From assembly GCA_032654565.1 (NCBI GenBank), contig JAULAX010000015.1, positions 544,001-608,000 on the forward strand: a DNA stretch of 64,000 nt, in the 5' to 3' direction. Origin of the DNA: Anaeromyxobacteraceae bacterium. GTDB taxonomy: Bacteria; Myxococcota; Myxococcia; Myxococcales; Anaeromyxobacteraceae. Both the position numbers and the translations under genes were made by a program. A model generated the notes under the pieces. That model did no database searches and was not told the DNA's origin. It saw only the letters and a list, made by a program, of their open reading frames with translations. This document shows, in pieces, positions 53,393 to 63,382 of this stretch (its first letter is position 1; every line of letters begins with the position of its first letter).

Positions 53393-55681
53393 TCAACCCC
53401 CCACTGGCGCCACCGGGGGCCTGCCGCCCTTCCACCCGGCGGCCGCCTCCAGCGTGTACCGGTAGCCGCACTCCACCAGCGCCTCCATGCGCTCGAACTC
53501 CAGCATGCCGAACTGGTCGATGGGGGGGCGCAGGTAGAGGTCGACGCTGCGCCTGACCTGGGCGGTGCGGGCGGCGCTCGCCAGCATGGTGGTGCGCATC
53601 AGGATGTCGATGATGCCCGGGACGGCGATGCGCCTCTGCGCCGGCAGCAGCCGGTTCCAGAGGAGCCGCCACGGCGAGGGGAAGCCCGGCTCGCGCATGC
53701 CGACGTCCTCCTCGGGGCTGACGTCGACGGCGATGACCGGGCCGCCGCCGCACTTCACCCGCATGACGTCGCCGGGGAGGTTGTTGACCACGCCGCCGTC
53801 GACCAGCAGGTGCGGCCCCACCACCACCGGCACGGCGATGCCGGGGAGCGAGCAGCTGGCCCGGTTGGCGGCCCAGGCCGGGCCGGCCTCGTGCACCACC
53901 ATCTCGGCGGTGGTGAGGTTGCTGGAGACCGCGAAGTAGGGGAGCCAGAGGTCCTCGATGCGGGTCTCGCCGAAGGCCATGCGGACGCTCTGCTCGAGCC
54001 CGGAGGTCTTGAGCATGGCCACCATGGGCACCGTGTACTCGCGGAACGGCTTGATGGCCATGATGCGGTAGTTGAGCTCGAAGAGCTCCGCCAGCGAGAG
54101 CCCCAGCGAGAGCTGGCCGGCCATGATGGCGCCCATGCTGGTGCCGCCGATGACGTCGATGGGGACGCCCAGCTCGCGGAGCGCCTTGACCACGCCGAGG
54201 TGGGCGTAGCCGCGGGCGCCGCCGCCGCCGAGGGCCAGGCCGACCGCCCGGCCGGTGATCAGCCGCGCCACCCGGGCGGCGTCCTCGGCGCTCCCCGCCT
54301 TGACGTGGCCGTGGGCGTCGACGTGGCGGACCGCCAGCCAGCGCTCGGTGCCGCTGGGGAGCCGGGTGTCGGACGGGTGGACCAGCACCAGCGTCCGACG
54401 GGCCCGCCGCATCGGGGTCACCTCGGCGCCGAGCAGCGCGGCCTCCAGGGGGCCCGGGGCGCTCCCCTCGCGGGCGTCGGCCACCACCACCACGTGATCG
54501 GCCTGGCCGAGGGCGCGGCGCGACCAGCCGGTGGGCTGCGGGTCGGTCTCCAGCACCACGAAGGCGTGGGCCGACTGCTGGTCCTCGAGCCAGCCGGAGA
54601 GGCGCAGCCAGCTGGGGTGGTCCTCGGGGAGGCGGGAGGCGTCCTCGAGGACGCCGGCCTCCTTGAGGCCGCGGGCGTCGACGGTGAGGGTCGGGCCGAG
54701 GGCCGAGAGCGCACCGGACAGCGCCCGGATGAAGTCGGCGGCGGCGGCGCTGCCGGAGGCCGGCACCACCGCGATGACCTGGCGGCCGGGCGGCGGCCGG
54801 AGCCGGGCGGCCGCCTGCTGCTGGCCGATGAGCGTGCGGGTGATGGAGAGGAGCACCCGGGGGTGCCGCTCCATGATGGCCTCGAACGACCTGACCGGGA
54901 AGCGCGCCACCAGCGAGTCGCGCAGGGCCCAGGGGGTGGCGGTGCGGGGGGCGCCGGTGAGCAGGGCCACCTCGCCCAGGGTCTCGCCGGGACCGACCTC
55001 GCGGACGGCGCGCTCCTCGCCGGTCGGCTCGTCGCTGGTCACCACGCGCAGCCGGCCGGTCAGCACCAGGTACCAGCCGTCGCAGGGGTCCCCCTGGCGG
55101 AAGAGCGGCTCGCCCTGGGCCAGGCTGACCCAATCGACCTCCCGCTCGATCTCCTCGACGAAGCCGCGGTCGAGCGGTCCGAAGACGGCGGGGAGCGCCA
55201 GCCGGAACTGCGAGGCGCGCAGCCGCAGCCGGGTCACCTCGCGGGCCACCGCCAGGGCGGCGGGGAGCTCGCCGGAGAGCAGGTCCAGCGCGCCGCGCGC
55301 CAGGCGGAACACCGTGGACGGCCCGACCGCCTCCACCGTGGCGGTGCGGATGCCGCCGCCGGTGAGCTGCATCTCGCCCACCGGCTCGCCGGGGCGGATG
55401 CGGCCGACCTCGACGCGGGTGCCGTCGGGGCGGCGGACCAGCGCCTGCAGCTCGCCGGCCTCCACCAGGAAGAGGTCGTCGCCGGCCTCGCCCTGCCGGA
55501 CCAGCACCTCGCCGGCCGCCAGCTCCCGCCGCTCCAGGGCGTGCGCGATCCGCCACGACACCTCGTCGGTGACGTCGCCGAAGAAGGGGTGGGACTTCAT
55601 GGCGGCGTAGGCGCGCCGGACCGCTTCGGTGGGTGCCGTGGGCGGTCCGGGGGACGCCGCCGTCGGGCCCTGGGGAGCCAT
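53393..55681 (-). CDS. Patatin-like phospholipase with two cNMP-binding domains (NTE-like)
   Basis: Two VRQGE/FRQGD...GE.....RTAT modules; GGGGARG, GTSMG, DGG. Confidence 0.93.
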   Translation of the reverse strand: MAPQGPTAASPGPPTAPTEAVRRAYAAMKSHPFFGDVTDEVSWRIAHALERRELAAGEVLVRQGEAGDDLFLVEAGELQALVRRPDGTRVEVGRIRPGEPVGEMQLTGGGIRTATVEAVGPSTVFRLARGALDLLSGELPAALAVAREVTRLRLRASQFRLALPAVFGPLDRGFVEEIEREVDWVSLAQGEPLFRQGDPCDGWYLVLTGRLRVVTSDEPTGEERAVREVGPGETLGEVALLTGAPRTATPWALRDSLVARFPVRSFEAIMERHPRVLLSITRTLIGQQQAAARLRPPPGRQVIAVVPASGSAAAADFIRALSGALSALGPTLTVDARGLKEAGVLEDASRLPEDHPSWLRLSGWLEDQQSAHAFVVLETDPQPTGWSRRALGQADHVVVVADAREGSAPGPLEAALLGAEVTPMRRARRTLVLVHPSDTRLPSGTERWLAVRHVDAHGHVKAGSAEDAARVARLITGRAVGLALGGGGARGYAHLGVVKALRELGVPIDVIGGTSMGAIMAGQLSLGLSLAELFELNYRIMAIKPFREYTVPMVAMLKTSGLEQSVRMAFGETRIEDLWLPYFAVSSNLTTAEMVVHEAGPAWAANRASCSLPGIAVPVVVGPHLLVDGGVVNNLPGDVMRVKCGGGPVIAVDVSPEEDVGMREPGFPSPWRLLWNRLLPAQRRIAVPGIIDILMRTTMLASAARTAQVRRSVDLYLRPPIDQFGMLEFERMEALVECGYRYTLEAAAGWKGGRPPVAPVGG

Positions 55682-55765
55682 GGCGTCGATGTTGCCGGGT
55701 CGGGCCAGCCGTGTCGAGGTTCCACGCCGGAACCGGCACGCCCGGCCATCAGGCGGTCGGGCCGC

Positions 55766-55919
55766 TCACTCGTACTCCTTCTTGATCACGAAGAACGACC
55801 CTCGGATCACCCCCCGCCAGCTTCGACCTCTGCCTGGCGAACTTGAACCGGCCCGGGGCGACCGGGGAAGACTCCAGGCCGGAGGTGGAGACGCACTCGA
55901 AGTCGACGACCTGGGCCAT
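55766..55919 (-). pseudogene. Internally deleted, frameshifted remnant of a hypothetical-protein gene
   Basis: GGAGG RBS + ATG MAQVVDFECVSTSGLESSPVA joined to PGRFKFARQRSKLAG, one extra G in a G6 run (55810-15), then VIRGSFFVIKKEYE*. Confidence 0.65.
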
Positions 55920-56423
55920 CGGTACGCCTCCGGACGATCGACACGTCGAAGGTCATGGCCGCCGGAAGCCGTCGCCGCCGGCCCGTGGCACGTCGCGGCT
56001 TCTCCACGTCGACGAGCCTCTCGAGCAGGTCGGCCCGGGGGAGGCGGCAGGTCGCAGTCGTCCGGAAAATCGTGGCGGCTGGTACTGGCCCGGAAGTGAT
56101 ACGAAGTCTCGTCGACGGAGAAGTCGTCGCACCTCTGGGGGCGACGGAAAACAGAGGGGTTTCCAGCCCGGGCCGTGCCCGGGAGCGACACGCCTGGGCC
56201 ACCCAACTGAGGCGGCCGCGCTGGAGGACCCCATCAGAGCCCGAAAGAATACCCTTGCGGGGCGTTCCCTCGCCGTGGCAGCGTTCCCTCAGTCAAATCC
56301 AGGCAGCGACCCTTGTGGCCCGAGTACCTCGAGTGCCCTACCCGGATCAGCTCGACGGGCTGTCGTCAGTTTCCCCACCCGCGAGCATGCCGTCCCCAGT
56401 TCAAATGACAGGAGCTTCCGAGC

Positions 56424-59315
56424 ATGAGCCACATTCTCAGAGTATTCCAGGTCGCGTTCTCCATCGCCCTCACCCTCCCGCTGGTCGCCACCACGGCTCA
56501 CGCCGCCGATGGCCAGGCCAGGACCTACGTCGTCCAGCTCGACGGTGACCCCGTGGTCGGCTACCGGGGTGGTCTCCCCGGCCTGGCCGCCACCCGCCCG
56601 GCGCCCGGCCAGAAGATCGACCGGAACCAGGCCGACGTGGCCCGCTACGCCAGGCACCTCGACGCCCGGAGCGCCGCGGCCCTGACCGCCGCCGGCGGCG
56701 GCCGAAAGCTCTACGACTACCGGTACGCGCTCCACGGCTTCGCCGCCGTGCTCACGCCGGCCCAGGCCCAGAAGCTGGCCTCGGTGCCCGGGGTGCTCTC
56801 GGTCCAGGAGGACGAGCTCCGCCAGGTGGAGACCATCTCCACGCCCGACTTCCTCGGGCTCACCGGCCGCCGCGGCCTCTGGGCGCAGCTGGGCGGCGTC
56901 GGCCAGGCCGGCGAGGACGTGGTCATCGGCATGGTCGACAGCGGCATCTGGCCGGAGAGCGCCAGCTTCTCCGGGCGCGGCTACGACGACACCCTCGGCG
57001 AGTTCCGGCCCTGGAGCGGCGCCTGCGTGACCGGCGAGGCCTTCCCGGCCAGCGCCTGCAACAACAAGATCATCGGCGCCCGCTACTACGACACCGGCTT
57101 CGGCGGGCCGGCCGGGGTCAAGGCCACCTTCCCGTACGAGTTCAACTCGGCGCGCGACACCGAGGGGCACGGCACCCACACCTCCAGCACCGCCGCCGGC
57201 AACCACGGCGTGACCGCCCTGTACGACGGCATCAACCTGGGCCGGCTGAGCGGCATGGCGCCCCGGGCCCGCATCGCCGTCTACAAGGTCTGCTGGGGTC
57301 GGGCGGCCGATCCCAACGGCCGGGCCGGCTGCTTCACCTCCGACTCGGTGGCCGCCATCGATGACGCCGTCGCCGACGGCGTGGACGTGATCAACTTCTC
57401 CATCAGCGGCTCGCGCACCAGCTTCGTCGATCCGGTCGAGGTCGCCTTCCTCTTCGCCGCCGACGCCGGCGTCTTCGTGGCCGCCTCGGCCGGCAACAGC
57501 GGCCCTGGCGCCAGCACCGCCGCCCACAACAGCCCCTGGCTGACCTCGGTGGCGGCCGGGACGCACGATCGCTTCTTCGCCGCCACGGTGAAGCTCGGCG
57601 ACGGCAACCAGTACAGCGGCGCCTCGCTGGGCGCGGGCACGGCCACGCTGCCGGTGGTGCTCTCCACCTCGGCCGGTCGGGCCGGCGCGGACCCCACCCA
57701 GGTGCGGCTCTGCTTCCTCGGCACCCTCGACCCCGCGGTGGTGACCGGCAAGATCGTGGTCTGCGACCGCGGCGTCAACGACCGGGTCGAGAAGAGCCGC
57801 GAGGTGCTGCGTGCCGGCGGCCTCGGCATGATCCTGGTGAACACCTCGGCCAACACCCTCAACGCCGACATCCACTCGGTCCCCACCGTCCACCTCGGCC
57901 ACCTCGACCGGCCGGCCATCGTCGCCTACGTCTCCGGGACGGCGGCGCCCACCGCCCAGCTCTCGCCCTTCGTCCTGACGCACACCGCGGTGGCCCCGGC
58001 CGTGGCCAGCTTCTCGTCGCGCGGTCCGGCGCTGGCCTCCGGTGACCTCCTCAAGCCCGACGTCATGGCGCCGGGCGTGGACATCCTGGCCGCGGTGGCG
58101 CCCATCAACGGCGGCCGCGACTTCGAGTTCTACCAGGGCACCTCGATGTCGAGCCCGCACGTGGCCGGCGTCGCCGCGCTGCTCCGCGGCCTGCACCGGG
58201 ACTGGAGCCCGGCCATGATCAAGTCGGCGCTGGTGACCACGGCCAGCCAGACCACCAACGCCGGCACGCCCATCGCCGGCGGCTTCTTCGCCACCGGCGC
58301 CGGCGAGGTGGTGCCGTCGTCCGCCGCCGACCCGGGCCTGGTGTTCGACGCCGGGTTCGACGACTACTGGGCCTTCCTCTGCGCCAACGGCAACGTCAAC
58401 CCGGCCTACTGCCCCGCCGTGGTCCCCCCCAGGTCGAACCTGAACCAGCCCTCCATCGCGGTCTCGGCCCTCACCGGCGTCCGGACCGTGACCCGCACCG
58501 TGACCAACGTCTCGGGCGAGCAGGAGAGCTACGCCTGCTCGGCCAGCGTGCCGGGCTTCACGGCCACGGTCAGCCCGGCCTCCTTCTCCATCCGCAAGAA
58601 CGCCACCCAGCCCCTGGCCATCACCTTCACCCGCGGCACGGCGGCCTTCCGGGCCTACTCGCAGGGCTACCTCACCTGCACCGGCAGCCGGGGCCACGTC
58701 GTCAAGAGCCCGGTGGCGCTGCGGCCGCTGGTCCTCAACGCGCCGACCGAGGTGGCGGGCACCGGCGCTCCGCTCAGCTACCAGGTGACGCCGGGCTACA
58801 CCGGCACGTTCTCGGCGGCGGCGGCGGGGCTGGTCCCGGCCGTCACCGCGAGCGGCGCGGTCTCGGACAACGAGTCGCTCTACTTCGACGTGGTGGTCCC
58901 GGCGGGCACGCCGCTGGCCCGCTTCGCCCTGTTCAACGAGACCACCACGCCGGGTAGCGACCTCGACCTGTACGTCTACCGGGGCGCGGCCTGGACCCTG
59001 GTCGGCGCCAGCGGCGGCTCCACGTCGGCGGAGCAGGTCGACCTGGTCAACCCGGTGGCCGAGACCTACCACGTCGAGGTGAACGGCTACGCCACCGCCA
59101 ACCCCAGCGCCTTCACGCTCTTCACCTGGGTGGTGGGCGCCGACGCCGGCAACATGGCGGTGACCGCCCCGGCCACCGTGACCGTCGGCGTGCCCGCCAG
59201 CGTCGGCCTCTCCTTCACCGGCCTGGCCCCGGCCACCCGGTACCTGGGTGTGGTCGGCTACGGCGGCGGCGCGGCCACCGCGGCGCCCACGGTGGTTCGC
59301 GTCACCACCCCGTAG
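56424..59315 (+). CDS. Secreted S8 subtilase (I9 prodomain, PA domain, C-terminal Ig/PPC-like domains)
   Basis: Triad VDSG, HGTHT, GTSMSSPH; GKIVVCDRG PA domain; SDLDLYVY. Confidence 0.94.
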   Translation: MSHILRVFQVAFSIALTLPLVATTAHAADGQARTYVVQLDGDPVVGYRGGLPGLAATRPAPGQKIDRNQADVARYARHLDARSAAALTAAGGGRKLYDYRYALHGFAAVLTPAQAQKLASVPGVLSVQEDELRQVETISTPDFLGLTGRRGLWAQLGGVGQAGEDVVIGMVDSGIWPESASFSGRGYDDTLGEFRPWSGACVTGEAFPASACNNKIIGARYYDTGFGGPAGVKATFPYEFNSARDTEGHGTHTSSTAAGNHGVTALYDGINLGRLSGMAPRARIAVYKVCWGRAADPNGRAGCFTSDSVAAIDDAVADGVDVINFSISGSRTSFVDPVEVAFLFAADAGVFVAASAGNSGPGASTAAHNSPWLTSVAAGTHDRFFAATVKLGDGNQYSGASLGAGTATLPVVLSTSAGRAGADPTQVRLCFLGTLDPAVVTGKIVVCDRGVNDRVEKSREVLRAGGLGMILVNTSANTLNADIHSVPTVHLGHLDRPAIVAYVSGTAAPTAQLSPFVLTHTAVAPAVASFSSRGPALASGDLLKPDVMAPGVDILAAVAPINGGRDFEFYQGTSMSSPHVAGVAALLRGLHRDWSPAMIKSALVTTASQTTNAGTPIAGGFFATGAGEVVPSSAADPGLVFDAGFDDYWAFLCANGNVNPAYCPAVVPPRSNLNQPSIAVSALTGVRTVTRTVTNVSGEQESYACSASVPGFTATVSPASFSIRKNATQPLAITFTRGTAAFRAYSQGYLTCTGSRGHVVKSPVALRPLVLNAPTEVAGTGAPLSYQVTPGYTGTFSAAAAGLVPAVTASGAVSDNESLYFDVVVPAGTPLARFALFNETTTPGSDLDLYVYRGAAWTLVGASGGSTSAEQVDLVNPVAETYHVEVNGYATANPSAFTLFTWVVGADAGNMAVTAPATVTVGVPASVGLSFTGLAPATRYLGVVGYGGGAATAAPTVVRVTTP

Positions 59316-59362
59316 CCCCCGGCGGCGCCGCGCAACCCGCGGCGTCGACCCGGGTCGAACTC

Positions 59363-59394
59363 GAGGGGCCGGCCTCCGGGCCGGCCCCTTTCTC
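59363..59394 (+). terminator. Intrinsic terminator
   Basis: aggggccggcc-tccg-ggccggcccct followed by ttctc. Confidence 0.75.
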
Positions 59395-59442
59395 GTGCGG
59401 GCCAGCCCCCTCCGAACCACCCCGGTGTTCTAAGCTGGGTCC

Positions 59443-60774
59443 ATGACCACACTCTCCGCCCTGGCGCTGGCCCTGCTGCTCACCGCCCCCGACGCCCGCA
59501 GCCCCCGCGTGGAGGCGCTCACCGCCGCCGTCGAACCGGCCCGGCTCCAGGCCACGGTGGGCCGGCTGGTGGCCTTCGGGACCCGCCACACGCTCTCCGA
59601 GACCGGGTCGGCGACCCGCGGCATCGGCGCGGCGCGGCGCTGGCTGGCCGCCGAGGTGGCGGCGCTGGCCGCGGCCCCCGGCTCGCGGCTCCAGCCCTTC
59701 GACGACCGCTTCACCGCCGAGCCGGCGCCACGCATCCCGCGCCCGGTGGAGCTCTGGAACGTCGGGGCGCTCCTGCCCGGGACCGATCCGGCCCGCGGCA
59801 CAGAGGCCATCGTCCTGACGGCCCACTACGACAGCCGGGCCAGCGACATCATGGACGCCGCCGGTGACGCGCCCGGCGCGGTGGATGACGGCAGCGGCGT
59901 GGCCATGATCCTGGAGCTGGCCCGGGTCATGGCCCGCGACCGGCCGGCGGTGGCGGTCTACTTCGTGGCCGTGGCCGGCGAGGAGCAGGGGCTGACCGGC
60001 TCCACGCACCTGGCGAAGCGGCTGGCGGCCGAGGGGGTGACGGTGCTGGCCATGGTCTCGGTGGACACGGTGGGCAACACCGAGGGGCAGGACGGGGTGA
60101 AGGACGACGTGGCGGTGCGGGTCTTCTCGGAGGGGGTGAGCACGGTCGAGACGGAGCCGGCCCGGAAGCTGCGGGAGGCGGTGGGGGGCGAGAACGACGG
60201 CCTGGCCCGCGAGTGGGCCCGCTACCTGAAGCGGGTCGGCGAGCGCTACGTCGAGAACCTCGACGTCTGGGTGATGCTGCGGCGCGACCGGATCGCCCGC
60301 GGCTCGGACCACGCCAGCTTCTCCCGCCTCGGCGTCGGGGCGGTGCGGCTCACCGAGGCCCACGAGCACTACGACCGGCAGCACCAGGTCCCTCGCGTCG
60401 AGGGGGGGCGGAGCTACGGCGACGACCTCGCCCACTTCGACGCCGGCTACTGCGCCAAGGTGGGGCGCGGGCTGCTGGCGGCGGTGGCCACGCTGGCGGC
60501 GGCGCCGGCCCCGGTGCGCGACCTCACGCTGGGCGGCGCGGTCAGCCCCGACACCCGGCTGCGCTGGAGGCTCCCCGCCGATCCGCGCGTCGCCGGGGTG
60601 GTGGTCTACCGGCGGCGCGCCGACTCGGTGAGCTGGCAGCGGGCCACCCGCCACCCTCGCGGCGAGGCGCTCACCTTCCGCGACGTGGTGCCGGACAGCC
60701 ACGTCTTCGCGGTGGCCACCGTGGACGCCGAGGGGAACGAGGGGCTGCCGGTCGCCCCCTCGAAGCTGGAGTGA
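59443..60774 (+). CDS. Secreted M28 family peptidase with C-terminal Fn3-like segment
   Basis: AHYDSR, GAVDDGSG, AGEEQGL, SDHASF. Confidence 0.88.
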   Translation: MTTLSALALALLLTAPDARSPRVEALTAAVEPARLQATVGRLVAFGTRHTLSETGSATRGIGAARRWLAAEVAALAAAPGSRLQPFDDRFTAEPAPRIPRPVELWNVGALLPGTDPARGTEAIVLTAHYDSRASDIMDAAGDAPGAVDDGSGVAMILELARVMARDRPAVAVYFVAVAGEEQGLTGSTHLAKRLAAEGVTVLAMVSVDTVGNTEGQDGVKDDVAVRVFSEGVSTVETEPARKLREAVGGENDGLAREWARYLKRVGERYVENLDVWVMLRRDRIARGSDHASFSRLGVGAVRLTEAHEHYDRQHQVPRVEGGRSYGDDLAHFDAGYCAKVGRGLLAAVATLAAAPAPVRDLTLGGAVSPDTRLRWRLPADPRVAGVVVYRRRADSVSWQRATRHPRGEALTFRDVVPDSHVFAVATVDAEGNEGLPVAPSKLE

Positions 60775-60849
60775 GGGGGCGCAGGGGGAACTCCCTCCAA
60801 GCGACCCGCAGCTCGTTCGGGAAGCGGGCCTCCAGCCGCCGCAGCGGCC

Positions 60850-61194
60850 TCAGCGCTGCCAGAGGCCGTGGTCGATGCCGCCCAGGAGATAGATGGCGAA
60901 GGTGCCCTGGCCGGGAATCTCCATGGGTGGCACCGCGATCCGGGCACCGGCCGCCTCTGCGGCCTTCACGGCGGCCTCGATGTCCTTCACGAGGACGTAG
61001 GGGCGAACCACAGGTGCCTCGTCCTCGCGCAACGGGGCGCGTACGCCGAGACGTCCTCCGTCACCCAGGCTCGCGGTGCGGGCGTTGCCAAGTCCCGCCA
61101 CCGGCTCGCCGAAGGTCACGCCGTGCGCCTTCGCCAGCGCGGCGCAGGTCTCCTCGACCCTGGGCGTCACGATCTCGAGGTAATGGATGATCAT
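60850..61194 (-). CDS. VOC/glyoxalase family protein (alternative in-frame start at 61305)
   Basis: IHYLEIVT, PYVLVKDIEAAV..AEAAGA.IAVPPMEIPGQGTFA, GLWQ; GGAGG RBS. Confidence 0.85.
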   Translation of the reverse strand: MIIHYLEIVTPRVEETCAALAKAHGVTFGEPVAGLGNARTASLGDGGRLGVRAPLREDEAPVVRPYVLVKDIEAAVKAAEAAGARIAVPPMEIPGQGTFAIYLLGGIDHGLWQR

Positions 61195-61465
61195 CTGCTT
61201 CTCCTCCCCTGGAGGTTGGTGGGGCGGATGGATCGCTGGATGGGCGCAGCCGGACACGACCGGCGCAAGACAGAGGACGAGGACCCGGAGCGGAGCGGCG
61301 ACCATGGCAGACGAGTCTCCCCTGCGACCTGGATGAGGCTTCCGCGCGTCGACGCAGACCACCGGGAGCGGATGAAAGCTGACACGAGGCGGCCATTCCG
61401 GCAAGGCGACTTGGGCGACAGGGGAACCCGACCACGTGGTTTGGCTGGTCAACTGCGGAGGCAGC

Positions 61466-63382
61466 TCAGCGCTCGGTGTAGAGCGCGATCCCCGTGTAGA
61501 CCCAGAGCTTGCCGGACGGGGTGAATCCGAGCGAATTCACCCAGGAACCGGACAGGGGCCACGTCGTCCAGGCGCCGTCCGCCTCCCGGACTGCGACATT
61601 CGCGGGTTCTGGGAACGAGTTGACATCGGTCCAGGCGACGGCGAGGCGTGTCCCGTCTGCCGAGACCGCGCCCTGGACGCGGTTGGAGACGGTCGCGAAC
61701 CGCGTCCCCGCGCCCCAGCCGCCCGGGCCGCGGTCGTATGCGTCCAACTCGCTGGTCGCGTCCGTCCCGCCGTCGATGATGAGCGTCGTTCCCGTCGCGA
61801 CAGCGAGGAGACGGAGCGCTTCGATGTTGGCGGCGACGACGGCCGCTGCCGCGGGGGGTGGCTCATATTGCCACCCCAACACGCCGTGTACGGCGAACTG
61901 GACGTCCACCAGCGGATACAGGTCCCCGGGGAGGGCCGGTCGAGCCACCGCGTAGACGACCTGCGGCTCGCCACCTGCTCCGACGGCGATCGAGCACTTC
62001 ACGGTAGTACCGGAGTGGGGGATGGGCTCGGACACCCAGATGCCGGAGCCGTTCGTTGCGTACGAGAGGTCGAACCCGAAATCGCACGTCACCAGGTGCA
62101 GCGCGCCGGCGGCGTCGATCGTCGCGTCGGTGGGACGGAACGGAAGCAGCTCGCTGTGCCACCCTCCGGCGTCGCGCCAATCGTGCGCAGCATCCGGGAA
62201 GAACATGCTGTAGAAGAAATGCGCGGTGCCGTCGGTAGCGCGCAAGTAGGACGGCGCCAGGAAGTTCCATGCGGGATCGGGGATGTCGTGCGTGGTCCAG
62301 CCGGCCACGTCTTGCTGGTACACGCGGAGCCCCGAGGACGCCACGGCGGCCGTGGTGAACCATCCGTCGGCATCGCGATACACGGGAACACCGGGAAGAT
62401 TCACGAACGACGGGACGAACGGACCCGACGGAGTCCCGACGGCCGCTGGCGAGCTGGACACCTCGAGCGTGCCCGTGGCGCGGACGGTGATCCGGTACTG
62501 GTAGGTGCCCTCCACCGGGACCGTGTCGTCGTGGGCGGCCACGGAGGGTCCGAGCGTCGCGACATTCTGCCAGTCGCCGTACCCCCAGCGCGTGCGCTGC
62601 ACGATCTGCTGGGCCCACGGAATCTGGCTTACCGGCGTCCAGGTGAGGTGGACGGTGAGGCCTCCGAGCGAGGACGCCGCGAGGCCGGTCGGCGGGAGCG
62701 GCGGGGCGGGGTTGGTGGCTGCGGCAACGCTCTCGCTCTCGAGCGCGCCGAGGACGTACCGGAGCCGGTACTCGAGCCGGCTCCCGTCGACCCACGCGCC
62801 GACGCCCCAGTCCATGAACGAGACGTCACCGACCATCACTCCGGGGATGCGGTCCCACGGCACGGTCTCGACATCGCCGCGCACGGCGCGCCGCTCGAGG
62901 ACCAACTCGGCTGCGGCGGTCGAGCCTCGGATCCAGACGAGCCGGGCTGACGCGGTCGGCCATGATGCGATGACCTCCACGGTGAGGTCCGACGCCGGGC
63001 GCAGCCCGCGCGCGATCACGGCTTCGTCGCTCCACTGCGACGGCACGTCACGGATGAACGCGCGCACCCGAAACCCGAGCTTGGTCACCTCGGGTACCTC
63101 CGGGTCGAGCATCAGCTCGAAGCGGGACGTCGTCCCCAGGAACTTGCCGAGCGGGACCCAGCTCCCGCCGCCAACTCTGCCGCTCACCTCGTACGCCCAG
63201 ACCCCGCCCTCCGCCTTCCAGCCCAGCACGATCCTGTCGAACGAGACGAGCTCCGCTCGAACGCTCCCCGGACTCGCAGGCGTCGAGTCTCCGCTCCAAG
63301 GAAAGACGAAATCACACCCGGTCACGACGCTCGCGACGAGGATGAAAGCAGCGAGGCGCGACCTCGCTCCACGCCGGCTCAC
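61466..63382 (-). CDS. Lipoprotein with fibronectin type III repeats and C-terminal beta-rich domain
   Basis: Lipobox VTGC; PGSVRA..LGW, PASDL..LVW, PPTGLAA..LTW, YQYRI; GTGA overlap with upstream gene. Confidence 0.8.
   Translation of the reverse strand: MSRRGARSRLAAFILVASVVTGCDFVFPWSGDSTPASPGSVRAELVSFDRIVLGWKAEGGVWAYEVSGRVGGGSWVPLGKFLGTTSRFELMLDPEVPEVTKLGFRVRAFIRDVPSQWSDEAVIARGLRPASDLTVEVIASWPTASARLVWIRGSTAAAELVLERRAVRGDVETVPWDRIPGVMVGDVSFMDWGVGAWVDGSRLEYRLRYVLGALESESVAAATNPAPPLPPTGLAASSLGGLTVHLTWTPVSQIPWAQQIVQRTRWGYGDWQNVATLGPSVAAHDDTVPVEGTYQYRITVRATGTLEVSSSPAAVGTPSGPFVPSFVNLPGVPVYRDADGWFTTAAVASSGLRVYQQDVAGWTTHDIPDPAWNFLAPSYLRATDGTAHFFYSMFFPDAAHDWRDAGGWHSELLPFRPTDATIDAAGALHLVTCDFGFDLSYATNGSGIWVSEPIPHSGTTVKCSIAVGAGGEPQVVYAVARPALPGDLYPLVDVQFAVHGVLGWQYEPPPAAAAVVAANIEALRLLAVATGTTLIIDGGTDATSELDAYDRGPGGWGAGTRFATVSNRVQGAVSADGTRLAVAWTDVNSFPEPANVAVREADGAWTTWPLSGSWVNSLGFTPSGKLWVYTGIALYTER

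Noticed and set aside
53393..55681. CBASS CapV-type effector
   Set aside because: No CD-NTase or Cap genes nearby; the architecture is NTE-like.
55766..56548. Several 90-200 aa ORFs in the patatin-subtilase gap
   Set aside because: No consistent codon bias or motifs; better explained as pseudogene shreds and regulatory DNA.
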